A DNA stretch of 64,000 nucleotides, from NCBI RefSeq assembly GCF_964204645.1, contig NC_134029.1:12178850-12242849 (forward strand), read 5' to 3'. The stretch is from Tubulanus polymorphus. Lineage: Eukaryota > Animalia > Nemertea. Both the position numbers and the translations under genes were made by a program. Below, one piece after another: positions 25,335 to 36,868 of the stretch (position 1 is its first letter; each line of letters begins with the position of its first letter). The notes beneath the pieces are model-generated. The model had not been told where the DNA came from, made no database searches, and worked only from the letters and a program-made list of their open reading frames with translations.

Positions 25335-26411
25335 ATGAAAAAAGAACAATATTTAAGAGATTTATATTATAACCCAGAAAGTGAAGTATCATATTCTAAC
25401 GTTTCAGAATTATGGAATAGAATTAAATCTGATAAGGAAAATGGTAATATAAAATATAGTGAATTAAAATCATGGTTACAAAATCAACCAACATATCAAA
25501 TTCACAAGAAAATGGATAAAACTTATCTAACAAGAAAAGTTATGGTTTCATATATTGATCAACAAATTGACATGAAGAACTTAGAGGAATACAACAAAGG
25601 ATATTTCTGGATATTGAATGTTATAGACATATTCAGTCGATACGCATGGAGTATACCAATCAAAAATAAAACTGGTATAGAAGTAACAAATGCTTTTAAA
25701 TCTATATTTAAAGAAGCTATTCCAGATAAGATACAATTTGATGAAGGTTAGGAATTTTATAACAAACATTTTAAAAAACTATTATCTGATAACGATGTAG
25801 ATTATTTTTCAACACATTCAGATAAAAAAGCATCTATTATAGAAAGATTTAATAAAACATTGAAAACTAGAATGTGAAAATATTTTACTGCTAATGAAAC
25901 ATATGAATATATCAATATATTAGATGATTTAGTGAAAGGTTATAATAATTCTAAACATAGTTCTATAAATATGAAACCTATACAAGCTAGAAAAGAAGAT
26001 AATTCGGAAATAGTTTGGAATAATTTATATGGAGCGTTTGTTACACATGATTTCGGTGAACCTAAATTTAAAATAGGACAACACGTAAGAATATCTAAAT
26101 ATAGAAAAACCTTTTATAAAGGTTATACCCCAAATTTTACTGAAGAAATATTCAAGATTAAAAAGATAATATTAACTAAACCATTTGTTTATAAACTAGA
26201 AGATCTAAAAGATGAAGAAATATTAGGTTATTTCTATAAACAAGAATTATCACTTGTACCAAATCCAGATGAAATAGAATACAAAATAGAAAAAGTATTG
26301 AAAACAAAAACTCTTAAAGGAAAAAAGTATTCTTTGGTGAAATATAAAGGATACGATGATAAATTTAATGAATGGATTTTATCTAGTAAAATTAAAAGAA
26401 TAAATGAATAA
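25335..26411 (+). pseudogene. P1 retroviral-like (rve) integrase with chromodomain
   Basis: IDIFSRY, IQFDEG*EF, IERFNKT, YKIEKVLK...LVKYKGY...NEWI. In-frame stops. Confidence 0.92.
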
Positions 26412-27034
26412 AGATTTATTTATATTTGAACCGCATAATATGTTAGTTACTGGAGTAACCAATTGTGGTAAAACACATTTCATATTATATTTGTTAGAAA
26501 CTATTTATAAGAATCATTTTGATAATATAATATTATTTTGAAACTATGAAAACTTTTGAAACTACTTATGAAATGAATAAAACATATAATAGAGATGTAG
26601 TTAAGATAAAAAAGTTTATTATATTAGATCCTAAAACAGTAAAAGAAAATTTAGATAATTGTATAAAAATAGCAATTGATACTTATAAAGGATCAAATAC
26701 ATTATTCATTGTAGATGATTGCGCAAATTTACATGATTCTAAAGTGAGAGAAAGTGAGTTATGTTATCTAGCTTTCTCTGGGAGACATTTTGGGATAACA
26801 ACATGGGTTTTAAATCAAAAATATAATTCAATTGTTGAAGACTTTAGGGAGGATATAAGATTTCTAGTTTTATTCTACAATAAAGATAGAAAATCTATGC
26901 AACAATCATTGGAAGAAAATCAAATTATACCTACTGAATTACATGATGAATATATGAATAAATCAAAGAATTATAAAGGTTCAAAATTATTACTGAGATT
27001 ACAATTTCCATATGAATATAAATTTATAAAATAA
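26404..27034 (+). pseudogene. P1 packaging ATPase (A32/FtsK-like), frameshifted
   Basis: Walker A GVTNCGKT, Walker B FIVDD, SGRH. Confidence 0.9.
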
Positions 27035-27529
27035 CTATTTGTATATCTATTCTATAAGAGCTTACACTTTTATTTTGAATAATCTGTCAATTTAAATGTT
27101 ATTCATTTATATGAATATTTTAAGAGTAATAGGGGTAATGGGCTTTCATATCAAAGGTTGAATGGTCGACTTCATTAAAAACATATATTAAAAGTAATTT
27201 AAAACTATAATATATTTTCATAACCGTGTGTATTTCAGTTGAATAATAGAATAATTATTATCATTTGAATATATTTGATTATATGAATTTGTGTATTGTA
27301 AATAAATCAATTGGTCGCGGAGCGGAGCGGTAGCGAAGTGGAGCGACCAATTGATTTATAATATAATATGCTTTTTAAATCATTGATATCTTAGAATAAA
27401 TATTTAGTTATAATATAAAATGCACACGGTTATGAAAATACATTATAGTTTTTAATTACTTTTAATGTTTTGTTTTTAATGAACTCGACCGTTCGACCTT
27501 TGGTATGAAAGCCCATTACCCCTATTATT
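27035..27529 (-). repeat. P1 right TIR containing a ~405-bp foldback (27125-27529)
   Basis: Arms are complementary over long stretches. Apex stem ataaatcaattggtcgc/gcgaccaattgatttat encloses a GGAGC-repeat loop. Confidence 0.85.
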
Positions 27530-27534
27530 GGCGT

Positions 27535-28254
27535 TAAAGTCTATCCCAGTGGTTATGATCGCGGCATTTTCACTCTCAAAGAGCCAGTATCAACAACAAT
27601 TTAATTGATACTGACAGCTGTAAGTGGTCAAACTCACCATGAGCATCCCTGACTCCCAGGACCCCAGCTGCTTGTTACTATAGTAACAGGCAAGAGTGAA
27701 TAAAGAGCAAAACTTTTCGAAGCTTACACTAAGAAAATGACGAAATTAGCAAGGAAAAATTAGTTTTGAAGTCTTGTTGCATTCAAGAGTGAATATTTTC
27801 CGAGGATACCAAAGTCAATGTTTACATTAGAAAGTGTCAGAACTAATTTTCAAGTTGAAACATTATATTTGGACGGTGTTTAAGCAAAATAGCAACACAG
27901 TACGTACGAATCATGAGATAATAATCAAATCCACAAAGAGTCATTTGTTAACATATTTGCGCATGTCTAGTTTTGTAAAGCGCACAAAATAAGAAATTAA
28001 TCCACGAAATTCCATGCTTAAATACATTTTAAGTAATTCTCTTTGAGAATATACAAGAAAAAACCAAATCTAGAGGAATAAAGAGAAGTGAATGACCAGG
28101 ATGGGAAAACTTTAGTATTATTCACTCTTGAATGTAGTAGTTGCCTGACCTCAGTTACTTGCAGGGTTGAGCACATAGAAACCACAGGGTTCCAGATCTA
28201 CGATGATATGAACTGTTTGATGCACCGCGATCATAACCACTGGGATAGAATTTA
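27535..28254. mobile_element. MITE with ~30-bp TIRs
   Basis: taaagtctatcccagtggttatgatcgcgg and ccgcgatcataaccactgggatagaattta. Internal inverted attcaagagtgaata/tattcactcttgaat. Confidence 0.75.
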
Positions 28255-30070
28255 GTAGGGAACTCACGTACGGTTAACCTGTGGAGATCACCATACAGTC
28301 ACGTACGAGTAACAACTACGTACTTACTGGTATTGGCTACTGTATAATAGGCCTATAGACAAATTAAATACCCGTACTGCGGTAGGCTTTCTTAGCTTAC
28401 ACACTTCACAACCGAACCAACTGACCAACCAGTATATTTATTCCCAGTACGCACCAACCGGCACAGGCCTAACTGTTTGTCAACTGTGTGTACCGTAGTA
28501 GGCTATCGATAATCACCTGATACTTTTCTGTCGTTTGTTTTCTCTCTCTCTGAGACGAACGTAATTCTAGTAGCCCTCCGCGACTCAACGACCTTGATTT
28601 AAACTTGATCAATTCAAAATCTGTTTATTGACGCTTTTGGTTACATGAACTGATCAGCAATATACTTAAATGAAATAACCGGAATAACAAGAAATCAAAA
28701 ATATTAAAGTGGTAACAAACAAATGCCCGTAAACCTGTCAGACACGCGAACGCCGGACTCGTAAACTCTTGGACTCGGACCCGCTGAGCAATAAATTTAT
28801 AAAATTGACTTTGAAATCGATTGTGGGGAAGAGAGGGAATAATTCGATAGCTCTACCTCATAAAGAAGAGAGAAATTTCGGAAAGAAAACACAACATGGC
28901 TACTAATTGAACAGGGCCAAATTTCCGATGTTTACGGCTCGACAGTGCCTTTATAACTCGGATTTATCAAAATTCCCATGCAGTATCTGGAGATTGAAGT
29001 GAGTTGAAGGATATCATACGGATTGTATCGACGACAGCGGTAAGGTAAGGAAGCCTTTACACTTTTAACAAAAACTATGTGGAAAAGGGGAAAAAAATAA
29101 TAATAATCACGCGAATAGGGTTTTCTGTGAAGCAACAGAAAACCCTAATAATAAATATAGCTGCAAAGCAGCGATAACGGGTTTTCTACACAGTCTTAGA
29201 ATCCTGTTCAACGGTGGATTTCGACAAAGCATTTGATAAGGCACAACATCAGCCATTACTAAACAGGCTATTAGGAAACAGTATCAATGACAGGTCGCCC
29301 AAATGGCTCAGCAGTTATCTCTGAAAGAAAACTTGTAGCCGAAATCAACGGAACGCCTCATTTTGGAACAAGTCAGTCTAACTAGTGGAGTCACGCAAGG
29401 TAGTATCCTAAGTCGTCTTCTGTTTAATGTCCTGACAAATGACATACACAGTAATCCAAAATATACCAGACCGAGTAAATTTCCAAAAAAACGAACTTAA
29501 CACGCTGTTCGACCAAAAAACTTAATGTTCCGACAAGAAAATCTTGTTCAAGTGAAAACAATTCAGTTTGATCGAACAATACGCTTTTTGTTTGAATCAA
29601 AACTTACTTCATTCTGACAAAAACATGTGATCGAATGAAAAGCTATGTTATTGTTGAAATGAAAAACATTTTGTCCCGTCAAAAATATTTGGTTGAGCGA
29701 AAACAATTTTTTCGAACGAATGTTTGAACGAAAACAATTCTGTTTGATTGAACGAAATACTTAATACTTTTGGTTCGGAGAAAAAACTTTTTACAATATG
29801 CTTGTTTGAATAAAAAACTTAATGTTCTAACAAGAAAATTTTGTTCAAATTAAAACGATTCTGTTCGATCGAATGATTGTTCGAACGAAAAACATTTCGT
29901 TTGGACAAAAAAAAGTTTGTACAACTTTGTTCTAACGATTTTTTCAAATTGGTTCAATCGAAAAGAATATTATTGGTTGGAACGAAATAAATTTTGTTCC
30001 GACGAAAGAATTTTCAAGCGAAAAAGGTCTTTTGAACGAAAAAAAAGATATTTCTTGGGCTCCGCTGTAA

Positions 30071-30407
30071 CTTATCGCTGGACGTAGGTCGGCCTTGTGA
30101 CGCGATGCGATCCTCGTGATGCATCGCAAGTTTCGGTGCAAGTCGGTTGCGATACGATTGTCAGCGACTGTGTGCGACTAGTTTCTGCCAGTCGCAAGAC
30201 CGCGTCGGTTGGTTGTGACAGTCGTGTCGCGTCGCAGAAAGTTGAATACGTGCGACTCCTTGTGACTGGCGTTGCTGAAAGTCGCAACCCGTCGCAAGGG
30301 AGCGTAGGTCGATGAGTCGTTGCGACACAATCGTCGCTGGCGGTCGCAGTGATTGGCGTCGCAGTGAGTCACAAGCCGTCGCAAGGCCGACCTACGTCCT
30401 GCTTAAG
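30071..30407. mobile_element. GC-rich MITE
   Basis: ggacgtaggtcggccttgtgacg and cgtcgcaaggccgacctacgtcc inverted termini. Confidence 0.75.
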
Positions 30408-30479
30408 TCATTAGGAATTAATGAAATACCAGTTTCATTTATGATGAAAAAACTCAAATGAAAAGTCTGGCTTATAAAG

Positions 30480-32841
30480 CGGTTCCTGAACTTCGCTGAA
30501 AAAGCTGAATCACTGAAACGCTGAAACGCAGAAATAAAAACGCTGAAATTTCAGGGAATTTCCGAAAAACGCCGAAATTTCAGGGAATTCCCGAAAAACG
30601 CTGAAATCGTGCTAGGTACCAACAATACACGTTTTGAAATATTTTCCGGGCCGGTGTCCGCTGCCGAGTCCTGAACCGTGTTTTAGTCTCTACCTTCGGT
30701 TACAGAGACACGCATGGACAGTATGTGTGGAGTATACTTCTAGAGGGCCACTTGTTGGACAAATTAATTCGCTTGAAATCCGGATTTTTAATGCATACAG
30801 GCAGCATAATGAGGAAAACCCATTCACAAACCGTGCAAGCCAACTTAAACACTATGCTCAATATTCCCTGCAAGACGCAAAATATCTTATTTGAACGTTC
30901 ATGTATAAAACATGGAGTAACTTTTCTTTTGTCAACACGTTGATGGGCGACGGACTATGTCACTATGGTATTCTCTGAAGGAGGTAAATTAAATTTGACA
31001 GCTAGTTATATAAATGATGCAGCTTTTGGACAAAAGGGATCTAACTAAATTTCTTTTTAATTCACTGTGGAATGGAATGGAATGGATTGACGCCAATGGC
31101 ATGCAGTAGGCCTCTACGTATGGGTCATACTGATTAGCGTCAACCAATTAATCTAAATCGGGCTAACCTTTCAACAACTATGAATAATTTATTTGCTGTG
31201 GCGTGATAATAATTAGTTTTTTTGAAGAAATGACATACCAACTGTTAGAAAAATGTACCGATTCTTATTTTTAGACTACTACTGAATCTATAAAAGGAGG
31301 AGTCATAGACAAAGTTGATTTGCTTAGCTGGTGACACTTCTTGTCAAGTACATCATCTCAAGTACTGGGTGTTTTGTAAGTTTAATTTCAGTATTTATTT
31401 ACTAAGTGCTGTTCTCTCAGACCTCAGTGCTTTCAAACTAGGCCCACCCCATAGGCTATATAGTCCAGGGTGTATTAGCCACTATTCTTTTATATCCGAC
31501 TAAAATGCACCTTTTTCTATTTTTAGATTCAGGCTTAGAATGTGCAAATTTTTTGAGATACTGAGAAATCAGATGGCACCAGTAAACTTCAACTGCGAAA
31601 TTTGCAGCAGGATAGCTGAACGACACAATTTTTAAAAATAAAATGGCTATTCGAATGCTATTTCAATAATAACTTGATTCAACCAGAGAGAAATAAGTCA
31701 ATTGCGGATGTACAGTACACCCACTTTTCTTCCCTGTTTCCTGGTACCAAATTTTTAGTCTTAAGCTAAGCGATATTCTAAGGTATACTAGTGGATTTCA
31801 TTAGAATATGAAGCAATGGAACCAGAATTCTAGCCAGAGTTAAGCGAACTATTGATTCTGATATAATGTAAGAACTGATTTCCTTTGTATACTCTTGCAG
31901 AATGTGTTATGTTTTATTTCAAGCTGTTAAATAATATAGTTAGACAAATGTCCAATTATTGGATCTTTCTTGTTGACTCGTTTAATTTTGTGAGTATAGA
32001 GTTCCAGTCAATCCACAATGTGCAGTGCCTAGCCTTCATCTACACTAAAGCCATGCCTGTGTATGGGAAAAAAATATCGTTCGACTCCTATAGGCCAGAC
32101 ACATCAAAGCATGCAATACATTGCAGATAGTAGTCTCCGGCAAGTCGAAAGAGAAAGTGAACCACCTACCCGGGAACGAAGACACTTAAAGATTCCTTCC
32201 TCCTTGTAGAAATTGTAGAAATATGGCACCCAATTGTAGCAATGCTAAGTACAGTATACTATGACGGTTGAACCTTTCTTAACAAATTTCAATGACACCG
32301 AAAATAGAATCAAAATAATCATTAGTTCCATGCTAGCACTTAATTTGGGTTATCAGGTTCAGCCTAACTGTACTTTCATTCAGCTACTTCTTGTATGAGA
32401 CTTGGCAATGATAAGTTGCAAGAAATCACCAAACATAAGAAAAAATATTGTGAATTAATATTACTGTGATTAAGAATTTATTCAAATGAAGTGATAACTT
32501 CATTGTTAGATCGAACCGGTATATGCACATAAAACTATGGCAAAAAACACATCTAACAATCCACGCAATCCGCAATCGATCAAGTCGATCATGACGACGA
32601 CCTTAAGGCATGTCTCTGTAACCGAAGGTAGAGCATAAAACACGGTTCAGGACTCGTCAGCGGACACCGGCCCGGAAAAAATTTCAAAACGTGTATTGTC
32701 GGTACCTAGCACGATTTCAGCGTTTTTCGGGAATTCCCTGAAATTTCGGCGTTTTTCGGAAATTCCCTGAAATTTCAGCGTTTTTATTTCAGCGTTTCAG
32801 CTTTTCAGTGTTTCAGCTTTTTCAGCGAAGTTCAGGAACCG
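30480..32841. mobile_element. Non-autonomous DNA element with ~205-bp TIRs
   Basis: cggttcctgaacttcgctgaaaaagctgaa...cctgaaccgtgtttt at 30480-30685 is mirrored at 32637-32841. TIRs carry internal gctgaaa repeats. No clear TSD. Confidence 0.85.
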
Positions 32842-33082
32842 ATAATAATCACGCGGATATCAATAGGGTTTTCTGTGAAATAACAGAAAACCCTAATAAT
32901 AAGAAACACGCGAATCTCAATAGGGTTTTCTGTGATGTAACAGAAAACCCTAATAATAATAATAATAATAAGAAACACGCGAATCTCAATAGGGTTTTCT
33001 GTGATGTAACAGAAAACCCTAATAAGAAGAAACACGCGAATCTCAATAGGGTTTTCTGTGAAATAACAGAAAACCCTAATAA

Positions 33083-33215
33083 ATGAGTGATGATATTAAG
33101 AAGAAGCCTAGATCTGAGAAACAAGTACAGTGGGCAAAAGAATGACGTAGAAGATCTGCAGAATTAAAAAGAGCTAAGAAAAAGAAATTAACTGATATAA
33201 ATGAATCACCTGATA
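33083..33215 (+). pseudogene. Polinton P2 fragment (5' part of the 24960-type ORF)
   Basis: atgagtgatgatattaagaagaagcctagatctgagaaacaa... is homologous to 24960-25085 and continues at 43692. Confidence 0.8.
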
Positions 33216-33590
33216 TTAATTAGGGTTTTCTGTTACATCACAGAAAACCCAATTGAGATTCGCGTGTTTCTTATTATTATTAGGGTTTTCTGACTTTCGT
33301 CGAAAACCCTTTTGTAATTCTGTTGATTGTTATTATTTTTATTTACATATTTTCCACTTTTTTTCGCACATAAAATTCACCTTCTATCAGATTCGACAAC
33401 TAACTGCTTCTAATTGAAATGTAGAATTTTGATAGTAATATAACACGCATTCGCTCCGCGTAGATTATACCTATGCACTCTCCGTCCTGTTTTAAACTTA
33501 AAATTACTTACTGAAAGATAACACCGGATGATAGTAGCAATCGCGACTCGCCCTGTCCGGTACTCCCACTAACGATTAAAGCAGCGTCCT

Positions 33591-33662
33591 GTCCTGTGGC
33601 ATGGTGGATAAGGTGTTTGACTCCCAACTGAGAGGTCGAGGGTTCGAATCCTAGTGAAACCA
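33591..33662 (+). pseudogene. tRNA-derived sequence (pseudo-tRNA or SINE head)
   Basis: A box tggcatggtgg, B box ggttcgaatcc, CCC at the anticodon position, but poor acceptor-stem pairing. Confidence 0.55.
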
Positions 33663-33977
33663 TGCATTATCACAATACAGCGCCGGCGCGCAACAATTGT
33701 TTTATTAATGAACATGGTGGATGGTTGAAATCATTTTCGGATTAAATTTATCGCGAGTTTTAGGACTTTAATGAATTTCACGAAACCATGATTTCTAAAA
33801 TGAGTCAATAGATTAATTCTATTCGTAAATCAATTTACGTTGGCTACATTTCCTGAAGATTTCGTGGTCAACTCAACGTGATATGGACAGAAATTGTAGG
33901 AATTTTCACACGGAATTTTACTTCCGCGTTCAGTTGACGACTCGTATCGATGACAACGACAGCGGAGTTTATGTATT

Positions 33978-34014
33978 CATAGAACTATAACGGATATTCC
34001 GTTATAGTTCTATG
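33978..34014. mobile_element. 37-bp perfect palindrome with 7-bp TSD (minimal MITE)
   Basis: catagaactataacgga-tat-tccgttatagttctatg flanked by atgtatt on both sides. Confidence 0.75.
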
Positions 34015-35633
34015 ATGTATTTTAAGGTGAGAGTCCGTAAACCAGGGAATGTATTAAATGATTTCTTTAATAATATGAGTATGGTAGCAAATGAGTAGGC
34101 CTACTCGGTGAAGCAATGATCATTGTTGGCCACACTTAATGCCTAGCTTTTTTGGGGGATGCGCCTAGAATAGATTTAGGCCCTAAATATAATGGGTAGA
34201 GCCATTCAGTGGAATGCCTTAATAGCAGCTAGTTATGGCCTGGTTTACACTGAATGTGCATGACAATTTATTTTGATTACTTTCTTTCCAGCTATTATTC
34301 GTGGAATGAACTGGGTACTACGGTCTTCAATTCCTTTGCGGATTCTTGCAGGAATATTAAACCACAGTGCGCAAATGTATGTTTCAAATTAGGCTTTTTC
34401 GACATTGACAGCCAAAGACGTAACTTAACACGCTAACTTAAGCGCAACTGTCTCAGATGCTGTAAGTACTTGACGTTTTGCGTAATTTTTTTTTTTGTAA
34501 TGCAGTATTTGGATTAGTAATCAGTCGTACTAACGTACATGCAGAATTGGATTCATTGTAATTATGGGATGATAATCCATGGGCGTCACGAGTCCTGCGA
34601 CATACCCTTGATATGAAGCTTTTTTAATGTTAATCATTGACTTGTTTTGGAGTAAACTGAATAGCCCTTAAAATACCAATGCCACGTGGCTGGTGTCTAT
34701 GCTCTACGAGACTGTAGTAATAGATTTTCACAACAAACTCATGATTTCAAATAGTCTCCTAAGATATCTATATATTATTTCGCTCCTTACCTAAGTAATT
34801 CTTACATTTGATTGCTCAATTACAGATGGAAAGAGGTCAGATGGCATGAAAATCGACTGTGGCCGACTAATTGGCACGAGTTACCAAAATGCTTCAATCA
34901 TCAGGGGTAGACAAATTAGCCGAAGATGAATGAAAACTTCACCTTGATGATCATCAGTTGACTTTGCTATAATTATTTGCCTGGATATATCCTTCATTTC
35001 AAAATCTGTCTTCAGTAGAATTTCTTTCAATAAAATATTTTGAAGATGAATTTGAATTGATCTTAAAACCAGAGAAAGCATTCAGAAATTTAGAAAATCC
35101 TTGACTCATAATCAAATTCTGTGAAGTCAGTTAAGGTCTTTTTGGTCGAATCAAGCCGAGGGCTCAGGTGACTAAAACTCAATTCCTCACTGTCTTATAA
35201 TGCCGAGTACGACGGAGTTTACACACTGAAACACGTTGGGCTGTGTAAGTGTAATTTGGATAAGTCCACAATATAATGACCGCCCTGCCCCGCTGCATCT
35301 GAGACGTCAACAAGTTAGACTGAATTGCTTCGATGACAAACTGACTCCTACGAAAGATAACCATCCAATTCAAATGTAAATTAAGAAAGAAAACAACAAA
35401 ACTAGTTGCGTTGATCAACAAAAATAAATCAATAGTTTATTACAATACTTCCATTTCAAAATAAGGATAGGAAAAAATTGAACAATAAGTGTGTTTGCCA
35501 TGCGTCTTTAAATATTTCCCAAGAATATGTCTTTGTCTGGCCACCACCTGCCTCGACGTCAGACTTTTTCGAGATTAACCATAGAAGCGATAACATTAAA
35601 AACCTCATTTTCTAATGAGTAACTACAGTTTAT

Positions 35634-35670
35634 TAACACGAATGTTTTCGGGATCATATCCCCTCATCAG
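35634..35670 (-). ncRNA. Hammerhead ribozyme core in the Penelope 3' terminal region
   Basis: Minus strand reads CUGAUGA-G-GGGAU(AUG)AUCCC-GAAA-ACA(UUCG)UGU-UA. Stem I pairing is not evident. Confidence 0.7.
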
Positions 35671-35786
35671 GTGAAATACAAGTGGATCAAATGATTAAAC
35701 TACAGGTTTATATACAACATAAGTTACAAAATTACAAGTGCTAAATTCTAAGCTAATTACAAACCAAGTATTTAATTACAAACTAA

Positions 35787-36868
35787 TTATTTGAATACAT
35801 TTAGGATAAAGGATGAGCCGTTTTGAAATAATTGTTGATTTAAAGAGGGTCGTTGCGCTTTAATAAACAGGGCCTCCCTAATTTTACAGTCGAGATCAGA
35901 TGAACCTTTGTCTAGAATTTTGAATTTGTTGTTACTGAATTCCTGATCACAAGTGTGACAAATTGCGAGATGTTGTCCAATCGCAGAAGTCTTTGATCTG
36001 TGTTCCTTAATCCTGATGGCCAAATGTCGTTTAGTTTTCCGAATATAGGAAGTGTTTATATCACATAAACAATTAAATTTATATATGACTTTAGCCTTCA
36101 GCGATTTAGGGGTAGCACATTTCAAAGAGAAAAAATTCTTAATTTTGGTCGTAGTGAATGCACATTTCAAGTTGATTTCAAAATTCCTTTTAAATAGATA
36201 TTTTAATTTTTGGGCAAATAGGATTGACGGGTTACCAATATACGGTAATGAAATGAATAGATCAATTCCATCTTCAACAGGTTTCGGTTGAGGTTCTGAG
36301 TTCTGTTTTGATTTCAAAAATCTATTAATACATTGATCGATGACATGAATAGGAAACGCATTAGATTTAAACAGATTTTTCAAGAAATGAAATGAATAGA
36401 TCAATTCCATCTTCAACAGGTTTCGGTTGAGGTTCTGAGTTCTGTTTTGATTTCAAAAATCTATTAATACATTGATCGATGACATGAATAGGAAACGCAT
36501 TAGATTTAAACAGATTTTTCAAGAAATTGATTTCTTCTGAAAAGATGGTCCAATCACTGCAAATATTGTAGGCACGAAAAAGCATGGTATTGATGAGTCC
36601 TATTTTCCATTTATACGGACACATGGCGTTGAAGTTCAAAAGTAGGCCTGTGTTGGAAGCTTTCCTGTACACTCGAGATATAAAGTCACTACCGGTTTCT
36701 AACGGAATTTGTATTTCGGTATCGAGAAAAGGTAATAGATTAGGACCTAGTTCAAAAGTGAATTTAAGGTTAGAATGGAGGCGATTCAATTCTTCAAAAA
36801 ATAGTTTATAACTGGATACACTTTTGAACTATGCCGAAAATATCTTCCACGTATCTCAGGTATAATGT
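35787..36868 (-). mobile_element. Penelope-like retroelement, 5'-truncated (RT C-terminus + GIY-YIG), with an internal ~139-bp duplication
   Basis: YLRYVEDIF, LKFTFE, LPFLD, VYRKASNT, LPYIG, VIYKFNC...YIRKTKRHL..RIKEH, REALFI...PSLN. Confidence 0.92.

Larger units (their letters stand above)
11967..27529 (+). mobile_element. Polinton/Maverick P1 (degraded, interrupted, possibly chimeric)
   Basis: Related inverted termini starting AGTAATAGG. Contains pPolB, penton, MCP fragment, rve integrase and ATPase. No TSD recognised. Confidence 0.85.
29155..33082 (-). mobile_element. HINE-A copy with nested MITEs and tandemly repeated head
   Basis: 3' hairpin at 29155-29190. Head hairpin agggttttctg...cagaaaaccct repeated 4x at 32862-33082. 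Another head abuts at 29114-29150. Confidence 0.65.

Noticed and set aside
11955-27540. 6-bp TSD for P1 and a paired LTR for the Gypsy element
   Set aside because: P1 flanks (aatata / ggcgtt) do not match, and no direct repeat pair bounding the Gypsy was found.
30880-31010. Tc1/mariner transposase remnant (W...VFSEGGKLNL resembling VxFSDExKFNL)
   Set aside because: Too short and degenerate to support without a search.
32808-33124. Repetitive ORFs (HANLNRVFC...)
   Set aside because: Translations of tandem HINE head repeats.
33591-33662. Functional tRNA-Gly(CCC)
   Set aside because: Acceptor and anticodon stems pair poorly; treated as tRNA-derived.
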